Of a DNA stretch of 64,000 nt, positions 42,396-53,957 are shown in pieces. The notes under the pieces were generated by a model. The model saw only the letters and a program-made list of their open reading frames with translations. It had not been told where the DNA came from and made no database searches. Origin of the DNA: a virus; the IMG/VR virus record IMGVR_UViG_3300010391_001464, positions 26,145 through 90,144 of that record; one strand, given 5' to 3'. Both the position numbers and the translations under genes were made by a program. The stretch's first letter is position 1, and each line of letters opens with the position of its first letter.

Positions 42396-43310
42396 ATGTC
42401 TTTTAAAGATAGACATTTAGAAATGGGACTTGTAGAAGTCCTAGAAGGCACTTATCAATATTCTGATAAGTATAGTCAAGTTCAGTATAAAGAGCTAGAA
42501 ACTAAAGAAGATCATTTATCGATCCCTGCTCTTGGAGTTTTTACTGCTAAACCAGAAAGTGAAATAGTAAACAGTGTTACAACATGGAGATTTTGCGGTA
42601 TAGTATCAGATGATTATAAATTTACTGGTAATGAAAAAGAAATTAATCTATTAAGAAATTCTATAGGAGATGCATTATTTAAAGAATCTTCTTTTGTTAA
42701 TCTACCAGCAAGAACTCAAATAAGATGTGAACTAGTTATTTCTAATAATAATAGTATTAGAAATGTTGGAGACATTTATCCACAAGTAGTTTTAGAAAAT
42801 AACTATAATGGAAAAAAGAAAATAAAAATTTCATTTGGTTTAATGATTGAAGATGGATCAAGAAGTATCTTAAGTTTCTCATTCAAAAATAAACTTATAA
42901 CATTAAGTCAGATACATATCAATTCATCAAAAACTAGATCTAGTGAAGTAGGTAGTTATGTTCAAATTTTTAACCAAAATGTATCTCAATTAATTTCTGA
43001 GAATTATAATAAAAGATTAACAGAAGTTGATATATTTAATACTCTAGATTTAATCGAAAGGATTGGTAAAAGAAAAAGAGAATCTGTTTCAGCTATTTTA
43101 ACTGAGATGAAAAGTGAAAATAAAAATCCAGTTACTTCTTGGGAGTTATTTTAGCTATTTCTAAATATTCTACATTAGAAAAAAATTTAAATATAAAGAC
43201 ATATCTTGAAGATGCTGCTGAAAGAGTATTAGTAGTTCCGGCCCAAATGATTAATATGGTAAAAAAGTTAGAGTTAATGCATGGAGTAGGAATTGTTGAT
43301 ATCAAATAAT
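42396..43310 (+). CDS. DUF932-like protein; frameshift near 43150
   Basis: GIVSDDYK...N, LENNYNG, SWELF; end coordinate approximate. Confidence 0.45.
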
Positions 43311-43443
43311 AATTTTTCTCTTAGAACAATGGTAAGAGAATTATATAGAATTAATCCATGTAATTTATGTTTAGTTAAATCAGTATATAGTAAAGGTTGT
43401 GACGAAATTAAATATTTGCTATTAAAAAAATTAATGAAAGAAT

Positions 43444-43478
43444 AAAAAAAGAGAGAATATATATTCTCTCTTTTTTTT
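43444..43478. terminator. Bidirectional intrinsic terminator
   Basis: A7-GAGAGAAT-ATAT-ATTCTCTC-T8. Confidence 0.75.
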
Positions 43479-43521
43479 GTTTCTAATATATTAGAACAAA
43501 AATAAAAAGGAGAACTTAATA

Positions 43522-44793
43522 ATGCCTGATAGTTTTGACAGTAGGTATAGTACTTCAAGATCATATAATTTTAAAGTTACTATTGGTAATCTGGACTATT
43601 CTGGAGATTTAACAAATCTTAAAATTATATCATCTATATCTAGACCTTATCAAGTATTTGAATTAACCTTTTTATTAGATCCTACTGACGTTATTATTGC
43701 AGACAAAGATGGAAACGGATTATTTGGTCAGAAAACTATTAATCTATCTACAATACTAATAGGACAAGATGAAGTTGAAAAAGAAAGTATAGATTATGAG
43801 TTAGTTTGTATAGGAGTTTTACAAACTAAACTCCCAATTAGACCATTATTTGGAGAAGATAAAAAGGGTACTGAAAAAGAGAGAGCTGCTTATAGGTTTA
43901 CAGGAGTTCCTAAAGAAGCATTCAAAACAATGAATACATTTGTAAATAAAACATATTTTGGAAAAAATATGAAAGAAATTCTTACAGATTTATTAGAGAA
44001 TATTGCTGGACTAAGTAAAGATAATTATTATTTTGATGAAGAATATATTAACTCAAATACATTTGAACAAGTCATTTTACCTCCTACTACTTTAAATAAT
44101 ACTTTAAAATATTTAGATGAAACATTTGGTATTTATAGTGGTCCACTTTGTTATTTTTGTGACTTTGAAAATATAACATATATATTAAATTTAGCCACAT
44201 GGGTAAATCTATCTCCTGCTTTCACTATATATCATTTAGCAACAGACTCAGATGAATCAGTTGATCTGCAAAAAAAGACATTAGATGGAGAACATTTTAT
44301 ATCATATTCCCCTATAAGAAGTGATTATGCGGGAAATACCAAATTTGCAGTTCTTTCTAAAAATCCTACTTTTATATTAAAACCTTCTGATGATTTATAT
44401 TTGAAAGTCGAAAAGGATCTAACAAATATATGTTCAAAAAATGGAATAATATATAAATCAGATTATATTTTTTTAGATCCAACTGTAGAACAAAGAAAAA
44501 GATATTTTACTGAATTTACTGGGTATGAAAAAGATGATACAATGGTAATTTCTTATCTTAGTTCTGAAATAGCAAATCTTACATATACATCTGTTGATCT
44601 TTCTGGGAATTTACCATTAGATAAATTATTTGATGTTGGAAATTCTGTTAAACTAGAAACTCAGACAGTTCAATATCAGGGAGTATCAGGAAATTATATA
44701 TTACATTCAACTGAAATAAGTTTTATTAAAAAAGCAGAATGGGATTCTTTAGCAACAGTTAATTTAATCAGAACTAATAAATTAATAAATTAA
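43522..44793 (+). CDS. Putative baseplate hub/tail protein
   Basis: Size and C-terminal G..V.L......SGNY.L.S..I pattern of hub proteins; structural context. Confidence 0.5.
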   Translation: MPDSFDSRYSTSRSYNFKVTIGNLDYSGDLTNLKIISSISRPYQVFELTFLLDPTDVIIADKDGNGLFGQKTINLSTILIGQDEVEKESIDYELVCIGVLQTKLPIRPLFGEDKKGTEKERAAYRFTGVPKEAFKTMNTFVNKTYFGKNMKEILTDLLENIAGLSKDNYYFDEEYINSNTFEQVILPPTTLNNTLKYLDETFGIYSGPLCYFCDFENITYILNLATWVNLSPAFTIYHLATDSDESVDLQKKTLDGEHFISYSPIRSDYAGNTKFAVLSKNPTFILKPSDDLYLKVEKDLTNICSKNGIIYKSDYIFLDPTVEQRKRYFTEFTGYEKDDTMVISYLSSEIANLTYTSVDLSGNLPLDKLFDVGNSVKLETQTVQYQGVSGNYILHSTEISFIKKAEWDSLATVNLIRTNKLIN

Positions 44794-45059
44794 TAGAAAC
44801 AAAAAAATTAGAACAATAAACTGAGCGCTGACTCATTAGAGTCACACGCTCTAATAATATAAAAAAGGTGAGTCTTTTTTACTACAAAAATCATTCTCTA
44901 TGGTCGTTACTTTGTTTATAGCATCACCTCCTCTTTTTGTATTCTGAAAAGACAATGATGTTCGAGCTCTGGAGTTTGTTATATATTTCTGTTCGCTAAC
45001 CTCCAATGGTAGCAATTGCAACCCCCCTTCCTTTCTGGTAGATTTTCTACGGTCCTATG

Positions 45060-45503
45060 TTATACAACAATACAGAGGTCATAGATCCAGTCTAGTTGAA
45101 TATCATTGTTGGGTTTTTTCCTAAATTTCTTTCTAGTATTAAATTTAGATTTTTTCTGCAACTCAATTTCCGACTCCAAAAAATGCAGTAATTCGATTCT
45201 TCTAGAGTCCATCGGATTTCCTCCGACATAGTTCTTTCGTCCCTGACGGATTTTACTTCTCTTTCCAATTTGAATAGATCCCTTGTAAGCTACCAACTGC
45301 TTACATAGAAGACATTCCCCAAATGAGAAAGTTCTACTAATCGCTTCTGTGAATAGGAGCTGAACTGGTGACTTTTTACATGCTGGGCAAATATTTTCAG
45401 TTCCTACTTCCCATGATGTATGTGTAAAGATAATGTGTAATTTTTTTAAATCATCTTTAACATGACCACATTCAGCTATTTTATACATTAGTTTCCCACT
45501 CAT
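45060..45503 (-). CDS. Zn-binding hypothetical protein
   Basis: CPAC, CLLC; promoter-like motif upstream at 45608-45621. Confidence 0.5.
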   Translation of the reverse strand: MSGKLMYKIAECGHVKDDLKKLHIIFTHTSWEVGTENICPACKKSPVQLLFTEAISRTFSFGECLLCKQLVAYKGSIQIGKRSKIRQGRKNYVGGNPMDSRRIELLHFLESEIELQKKSKFNTRKKFRKKPNNDIQLDWIYDLCIVV

Positions 45504-45693
45504 AATTTTAATATATTACCACCTCCAATATAAAAAATTGAACTTTGGCATACTCCTTTCTTTTTCTAGATTTTATACCATATTAAAACGACTTCCTCTA
45601 CTTAGTTATTAATATATATAGATTTTAGAAAGAAACAATAATAAAAACTGGTAGAACAAATAATAAATTTAATTAAATTTAGGAGTTAAATTC

Positions 45694-47357
45694 ATGTCAA
45701 ATGTATTAAAAGCGAAGACTGAGAAATATTTAGAAGAATTTTTAAGATGTAAAAATTACTTCTCTTATTTTTGTAGTAGGTATATTTATATCGAACTTCC
45801 AGGTGGAGATGTTCCGTTAATACCATATAATAAACAAACAGAACTTATTGAAGCTATAAATAGAGACCATTTTATCTTAGTTTTAAAATCTAGACAGATA
45901 GGAATATCTACTATAATACAAGCTTACTCCACATGGTTAACTATATTTAATGACAATGCTGTAATAGGTATTATATCAAAAGATGGTCCTGAGGCTACAA
46001 GTTTTGCTAGAAATATAGCAAACATGATAGATAAGCTTCCTACATGGATGAAACCTCCTGGTGGGTCGGCTGGTCCAGGATATAGAAAAAGGAGTGAACA
46101 AAGTTTTATTCTAACAAATGGTAGTAAGTGCTATGCTGCTACAGTAAACCCGAAAGCTCCAGCTAAGACTCTAAGAGGTAAATCAATAACATTTTTAATT
46201 ATAGATGAAGCCGCATTTATTGAACATTTAGATGAAGCATGGACTAGTATGATTCCATCACTTTCAACTAATCAAATGCATGCTAAAAAACAAAATGTTC
46301 CTTATGGAATCTTAGTACTTTCAACACCAAATAAAACAGTCGGTGTTGGATCCTGGTTTTTTAAAAAATATAAAGATTCTATAGCTGGAACAGAGATATT
46401 AAAACATTTTATTATCCATTGGAAAAAAATTCCTGAGTTAGCAAATGATCCAGATTGGTATAAAAGACAATGTCAATTATTTGATAATGATCCAAGAAAG
46501 ATTCAACAAGAATTAGAATTAAAATTTGTCGCAACATCTGGAACATTTTTTGATGAAAGAATATGTACTATATTACAAGAAAATACAACAGAACCTATTG
46601 AAAAAGTAAAAATATTTAATGGAGAAATATGGAAATTTGCAGAACCTATTTTCAACAGGTATTATCTAATAGGAGTAGATACAGCAACTGAATATGGTGG
46701 TGATAGGTCTGCTATAACTATATGGGACTTTCATACTCTTGAACAAGTATGGGAATATCAAGGTAAATGTGAAATTAAAAACTTTATTAAAATAGTTGAT
46801 TTTGCTGTATCATCTTATCCTGGTTTATGTATTATTGAAAGAAATAGCTATGGAGAACAGGTTGCTAAACATGTAAGAGATTCTGAATTTGCACATATGT
46901 TATATAAAGAGAAGACTGGTAAAGATGGAAGTATATTAAAACCAGGTATTGGAACTACATTAAAGACAAGACCGCTTATAATAGAATCATTACATAATTA
47001 TGTAACTCAATTTCCAGAATGTATTAAATCTAAACGTCTTGTATTAGAGTTAATAGGATTAGTTGAAAAACATAATGGAAGAGTCGAAGCCGAAACTGGA
47101 TCTACTGACGACTTAGTTTTAGTGCTGCCATATCTTTTTATGTAAGAAAATATGATGCTCCATTAGTATTAAGTCAACCAGAAGAATTTAGTAGTAGTTT
47201 TAAAGATATTATTAATATGAATGATGATATGAAAAGAGTTATAAATATGGGAGAAGGGGGCTCTTTAATAATGAAACAATTAAAAGATCATTCAAATAAA
47301 AATATTGAAAAACAAGTATATATAGATATGTTTTCTGCAATATATAACAGGAAGTAG
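45694..47357 (+). CDS. terL: Terminase large subunit; frameshift near 47118
   Basis: KSRQIGIST Walker A, IIDEAAF Walker B, STPN, GVDTA, IERN, TDDLV. Confidence 0.93.
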
Positions 47358-47373
47358 AGAGGATAGCTTATAC

Positions 47374-48271
47374 ATGGATGAAAAATATTTAAAGGAGTTA
47401 TTTGCATTACCAATAGGATTAAAGAAAGCAATAACTATAGACGATGAAGTATTATATACATCTGATAATTTAAAAGAAAAATTAAAAGTTGCTCTAGTTA
47501 AAGCTGATTTAACTAAATCTTCATCTATATCTATATCTAAAATGATAGAAAAAGATATGATAGTACCTTGTTTTTATAATAAAAAATTATAGATTTAATA
47601 AAATTTAAAATTTATGAAAAAAATGGTCCTAAAAAATTTGCATATGGTTTTTATTCTTTAAATACTAGAAAAATTATTCTTATTTTAGATAATATATATC
47701 ATTTGGATATGTATCAAATAATTGGATTGGTCTTTTAGTTATACATGAATTAATGCATAAAGCATGTCATGAATTAGGATCTAAATTTTTTAGTATTTTT
47801 AAAACAGAATTATTAGAATATTATATTAATGTTTTTTCCACTTTTTTTAATATAGAAAAAAATAAAGACTTTATAGAAAAAACTGAAGGTATTTATAATT
47901 TTTTATGTAAGTTAGAAATGTCAAAAAAAGAATATTCTTTAAAACAAGTAGTAGATAAATACACTAATTATTTTAATTCTATATCACAATACAGTAAGTT
48001 CAAAAGTACAACTACTAAAAATAAAATAGATTTATATAACACAGCTTTAATAACATTTTTTAAAGATCCAATAAAGTATAGAAATTCATCAATTTTTAAT
48101 GAATTTAAAGATGCTCTTAATAGTGGTTATAGTACTATTATATCTGGGAGTCCTGATTTAAATACTTTACATATACAAGAAGCATTTGTACCATCTGAAG
48201 TTATTTCTATTATATCTGAACATATAAAATCTGATAAATTTGATAAAGTTATTAAAATGATAAGTAAATAA
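47374..48271 (+). CDS. Hypothetical protein with HExxH motif; broken by frameshifts
   Basis: Frame upstream of 47753 reads LLVIHELMHKACH. Confidence 0.5.
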
Positions 48272-48283
48272 AGGAGTTAAAAT

Positions 48284-51200
48284 ATGGCTGGAGAAGATTT
48301 TGATATTATGGATGAAGGAGTAGGTGAGATCAATCCAAATAATGTAAGCAGTGTAACCTCTAAACTAACTCAAGTAGAACTTAAAGCTAGAAAACAAATA
48401 TTAGCACATAAAAGATTAGCTAACGATCAAGCTGGTACTATTTCTGCATTTAGAGTTGCAATAGATCAGTTAAATAAATTAATGGTCCAAATTGGTCAAT
48501 CTTCAAGAAATATGGCGGTTAGTACAGCAAGATTTACTAGAGATAGCATGAGAGATTTTAGACAAACTATGAGTCAGGAATTTAATGTAAATAAACCTAA
48601 TCTAGTAGTATGTCAATATCTAAAGTAATGGGTCCAATAGTAGGATTTGTTGCTGCTAAATTTGTAGAATCTGGTGTCGTTCAAAATGCACTAAATAAAG
48701 TTAAACAAAAAATGGGCGATACTTTTGAAAATTTAAAAGAGAGATATAAAGAAAGAAAAGAGAATAAAAGAAGAAATATTGAAAGATTGATTGAAGAAGG
48801 GAATAAGGGCAAAGTTCCGAGATTAGCAGCAGGCGGTATAATTAAAAGAGATACTTTTGCTAGAGTACATAGTGGAGAAGCTGTAGTACCAGTTAATAAA
48901 CTTATAGCACCTTTAGAAAAAATCGCCAACTCATTTAGTGGTTCTGTTAAAGAAAAGAAAAAAGGAATGTTTGGAGATATAGGAGCTTCTGTTACAGGAA
49001 GCTATAAAGGATCTATATTCCAAAAAATGTTAGCAAATCTACAAGATATTAGAACTGGAATAGTAGGTCAAATGGGTACATTTAGAATTGTATTACATAA
49101 AATGTACATTGAAAATCCAATCTTTAGAAATGCTATTCGAGCTATAAGATTAGTAAATTTTGCATTTACCGCTCATAAAAAACTAATAGGATGGCTTTAC
49201 AGACCTAGAGGTGGATATATAAAAGACCTTCCTAAAAAGGGATCACCTCCAGAGCAAACTGCAGCAATATTAGGTTTAATGTATACTGGATTCATGACTA
49301 AATATGATCAAATTTTATTTTATTTAAAAACAATGTCTGGTGGAGCGAAAGCTCCAAAGCTAAAGGTTTAAAGGATTCAATTTATAATAGGATTAAGAAA
49401 GCAAAAGAAGTAGAAGGTTTAATGAATAAATTTAAGGTTATGTCTGGGTATAAATCAAATGTTAAAGAAGATATTAATAAACTTCAAAAAACAATGTTTT
49501 CTGTTTTTTCAGGGTTTATACCTAAACTTACAAAAGATCATATGGATAAAACTATATCTAAAAGATTTAATATAAATAAGAGTGTTAGAGAAAAACTGAA
49601 TGTTACTGTTCCTAAAAATTTAATTAAAGAAAAATTAAAATTACCTAGCAGATTTGATCTAGTTTCTAATTTAAGAAAAATGGATACTAGTTTAAAAGAA
49701 AAAAGAAATAAAAGAATTGAAGAAAGAAATTTATTAAAGGAACAAAAAAGAATAGAAAAGTCTAAAAAGAGGGAAGAAACTATAAATGCTATAAAAACTG
49801 GTACTATAATTAGTCTTTTAAAAAAGAGAAAAGAAGAAAAAAATTCTAAAGGTATATTAAATAAAACAGCTGGAGGGGTAAAATCATGGTTTGAAGAAAA
49901 AGCTAGAAAAAGAGAAGTAGAAAAAAGACAGAAACAAGTAAGTGAGTCTTTAATTAACGAAAGTAACTTATATAGAAAACAAATGGAAACAAGATTTAAA
50001 AGAGAAGAAATAGAAAGAAAGTTTAAAAGTTTTATAAGAGGAGAATATTTTAGAGACTGGAAAAATAGAACTAAGATATGGTGGAATAATAGAAGTAAAA
50101 CAGGAGATAGAAAAACATTAGCTCAAAAAATTAAATCTATATGGGAAAATAAAAAATTCAAGAAGAAACAAATTAGCTTATTAGAACGTGCTGCAAACGG
50201 AATTGAATCTATAAGAAATGATACTAAAAAAGGATTCATTAAAAAACTATTTTCTTATATTATGTTGGCCGGCGGTTTGTTAATTAGAGGAATTGCTAAG
50301 ATATTTACAACAGGTATTTGGAAGAGTATTACAGTTTTATTACCTATGTTAATAAAAGGATTTTTATTTAAGTATAAATTAATTCTTTCAGTAGGTAAAA
50401 AAATATTAGGTATAATACCATCATTTTTAAAATTTGCAAGACCGGCAATTGCTTTCTTATCTAAATTATTCTTAAGATTTGCAGGTGGTGCAGCTGGAGC
50501 GGCCTTATTAGGAATAGATGCCTTTAAGGGAACAAAAAAATCTAAAGAATGGGGTGTTTCAAAATCAATGGCTGGAATAGCTGGAGCTTTAGGTGGAACA
50601 AAGGGTTCATTTACTTCTGCAGGAGCTCTAGCCGGTGTGGCAAAAGGAGCTGCAATAGGAACTTTATTTGGACCAGGAGTCGGTACTGCAATAGGTGCAT
50701 TAATAGGTGGTTTATTAGGATTTATAGGCGGAGAAAAAATAGCTAAAGGTATGGATTGGTTATGGAGAAAAATTGGAAGAGTTGTAAGTTTTATAACTAA
50801 AGTTATTACATGGCCAATTAAAGCTTTATGGATCATTGGTAAAAAGTTTATTTCAAATATTAGTTTAGTATTTGGTGGTGTATTAAAGAATTTATGGAAA
50901 GTAACAAAGGATATATCTTCTATTATATGGACTATATTAAAACTCCCATTTAAAGCATTATGGTTTGTAGTAAAAGATTTAACATCTAATATATGGAAAA
51001 TGGTATCATCAATTTTTAAAGGTGATGTTGATAAGTTAAGCGAATCTATTTTAGATTTAATAGGATTTCCATTTAGAATGATCTTTAAATTAGGCGATGT
51101 AGTAATATCAAAAGTAAAATCATTATGGAAAGATAAAAATCCAGTAATAACTTCAATTAATAAAATTTGGAGAATTCTTACATTTATACCAATAACTATC

Positions 51201-51653
51201 ACATCTATAGTATCGGGAATTGTAAAATGGATTATGGAATCTGCTGTAGATTTATTACCTTCATCAATAGGAAATAGGATAAAAAATACGTCAGTTTTTA
51301 AAGATTCTATTTCATTTCTAGAAAGTTTAGCAAAAGGAAGTTTTGCAACAGAAATAATACATCCAACTTTAACATCTAATGATGTTGCTAATATGGAAAC
51401 AACAAAAAGTCTAACTATCGCTAAAGCTCAAGTTGGTGAAACCGCAAAACAAAATCAATCAGCCGCAGCTGCTATAAAAGAAACAAATGAAAAGCTTGCT
51501 GGCGCAATTGTAAATAGTACTATTATAATAAATAATTTTTTAGCTAATGTATCATCTACTGTAAGTAGTTCTATGGGCGGCGGTGGAGGAGGAGGATTTG
51601 AAAGACATAGGGACGAAGGAACATTAGATGTAGCTTCTGGAAAGATAAAGTAA
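48284..51653 (+). CDS. Tape-measure-like protein (three ORF pieces, frameshifts near 48610 and 49370)
   Basis: Long helical/basic region, LAAGGI...VHSGEAVVP, Gly/Ala-rich hydrophobic stretch, Trp/Phe periodic repeats. Confidence 0.65.
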
Positions 51654-51666
51654 AGGAGATATAAAT

Positions 51667-52854
51667 ATGATAGAGATACCAGAAATTATAGGGTTGCCGC
51701 CAAGTACATATGTAAGTGATGCTTTAATGGAAAATACATTTCCAGTTTTAGAAATAACTCCAGGAGTTCCATCTGGATCAAATAATCTTACATCATTTTC
51801 TTTTAAAGAAGATATAGATCAATATTTAAATATATTAAATTCATATGGTTTTAATAATAGTAGTGCATTAGAAGGATATTTAAAGATTGCTTTTATACCA
51901 GATAATTTCCCAACAGATACATTTTCTAATGAATATTCAGAAAATTTTCTTCAAAAAATGGGAGAAGTAGCATCTGATAGTATTGGTCAAATAGCTCAAA
52001 TGACTGGAAATAAAACTGCAACTGGAACAGCTCGTAGTTTTGCTAAAACATTGAGAGAGTCTGGTGTTGCTGGTGGTGATACAATAGGTAGTTTAGTGGA
52101 AGACTCTATAACTCAAATTGAAAATATGGAGAAAAATCTAAGTAGTAAAAAAGGTGCAGCTGGAGCACTCGGTGCTATAGGTAGTATGGCTAATAAACTT
52201 TTGGCTGGTGCTAGGATAGATTTCCCACAATTATGGAAGAATAGTTCTTATAGTCCATCATATTCTTTTACAGTAAGATTATATAATCCTAATCCTTCAA
52301 ATGATGAATCTACCGCCAAATTTATAGTTGGTCCATTAGCATCTATATTATTATTAGCATTACCTCATGCTGTAGATGCTGGTCTATACAGTTGGCCATT
52401 TATACATAAAATATCATGTCCTGGTCTTTTTATTTTAAATCCATGTTATGTAAATAGTATAAACATAATCAAAGGAGGAGATCAACAACAAGTAGCATGG
52501 AATCAAAGATTGTCAATAGTAGATATTAGAATTGATTTTTCTAGTTTATTTAATACAATGGTAGTAGAGAAGAACCCACAAACATCAAATCTTGGAAAGA
52601 GTAGACCCACATTAAAAACCTATTTAGATTCTCTAACTGACTACAGAACTATATGGGATATATATGAACCACCAAATGCATCATCTGAGGTAATAGAAAA
52701 TATTAAGTCTATAAATCCTTTAGGTGATATATTTAGTAAACCAGGTACATTAAGTACTCCACCTGATTATGTAAGTAAACCTTCTCCTAGAATATCAGAT
52801 ACTGAACAGGAGAACTTTGTTGAGTTAAAGAGTAAGCAACCTTCTATAGCTTAG
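51667..52854 (+). CDS. Putative tail tube initiator/baseplate protein
   Basis: FPQLWKNSSYSPSYSFTVRL pattern; follows the tape-measure-like gene. Confidence 0.5.
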   Translation: MIEIPEIIGLPPSTYVSDALMENTFPVLEITPGVPSGSNNLTSFSFKEDIDQYLNILNSYGFNNSSALEGYLKIAFIPDNFPTDTFSNEYSENFLQKMGEVASDSIGQIAQMTGNKTATGTARSFAKTLRESGVAGGDTIGSLVEDSITQIENMEKNLSSKKGAAGALGAIGSMANKLLAGARIDFPQLWKNSSYSPSYSFTVRLYNPNPSNDESTAKFIVGPLASILLLALPHAVDAGLYSWPFIHKISCPGLFILNPCYVNSINIIKGGDQQQVAWNQRLSIVDIRIDFSSLFNTMVVEKNPQTSNLGKSRPTLKTYLDSLTDYRTIWDIYEPPNASSEVIENIKSINPLGDIFSKPGTLSTPPDYVSKPSPRISDTEQENFVELKSKQPSIA

Positions 52855-53948
52855 CAAATAGTATTTCTCATTACCATTGTAATATAATAAGCTAAAAATA
52901 ATTTGCTTAGATATTGAGTTTGACTAGTTTGAGATTCAAACTTTCTTTTAAGGTAAGATTCAACTAATACTAAATCTAATAACATTTCAACTTGTTGTTT
53001 GAAATAAATATGTGAATTACTTCTTTTAGTAGCCATAAGTTTCTGAACTGACATAAAAAATTCTTTGCCACATATTGATTTTACTTCAGTTAAAGATTTT
53101 AAATATAGTTCTAAAATAATTCTAATATTTTCAGAATATTTTAAATTAGATATATTTTTAACTACAATATCAGAAAAGTCTCTACTAACCTTAGTTACTA
53201 ATTTAGACTCAGCTAGTGCTTTAGAATCTATAATTTTATATACTGTTATTTTTTTAACAGTATCATTTACTACTTTAGAAGTTTGACTTGATAATTGTAT
53301 CTCTATTCCTTCTTCAGTTTCATATGGTATTTTTACTGTAAGACCTTTCTCTGCGGCTTCATAATATAAATAACTAAAACTTCTAATACTTTGTACGTGT
53401 CTATGCCTACATTCTTGAATAAACTTCCCAATTTTAAATGGATCTGCATCACGAATTGTTTCAGTATGTTTTCTAATCATTTCAGTTGCCATATAATATA
53501 TAGCATTACTTATAGTTTTATGAACTGAATATAAATGATTTTTTCCTAAATGTTCTAAAGTATATTTAAAATAATCTTTATTACAATATTGAATTTGTCT
53601 GATCATAGAATTAGTATAGGTTCTTATATTATAATATATCATTGTATAATTAAAACCGATTTTATCTCTTTTATCTAAAAAATAACGCATGATAAAAATT
53701 AATAGATTAGTTATAGGATCTATTATAAGTTTATTTTTTTTCTCGTCTCCAGTATAAAATCTTTTCACAAATTCTTTAACATCAGACTCAGTTAAACCAG
53801 TATATCTTAAAAGTTCATAATAGTTTTTCTTTAGAGGTGGATAATAACAGGGTTCTGAAAGACGTGTTAGTTCTTCAGCTGTAGTTTGGGTTATTTATCT
53901 TTTTAGTTCATCATGATTTACTTTAGAAGTTTTTAATAGAATATCCAT
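52851..53948 (-). CDS. Hypothetical protein; true start probably 53948 with one in-frame TAA
   Basis: MDILLKTSKVNHDELKR*ITQ... is in frame with ORF 52851..53768. Confidence 0.6.
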
Positions 53949-53957
53949 AGTCACCAA

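Noticed and set aside
50255-51202. 315-aa minus-strand ORF and other antisense ORFs (6114, 21798, 26124, 32824, 55297)
   Set aside because: Shadows of real genes or tRNAs on the opposite strand; no SD or recognisable motifs
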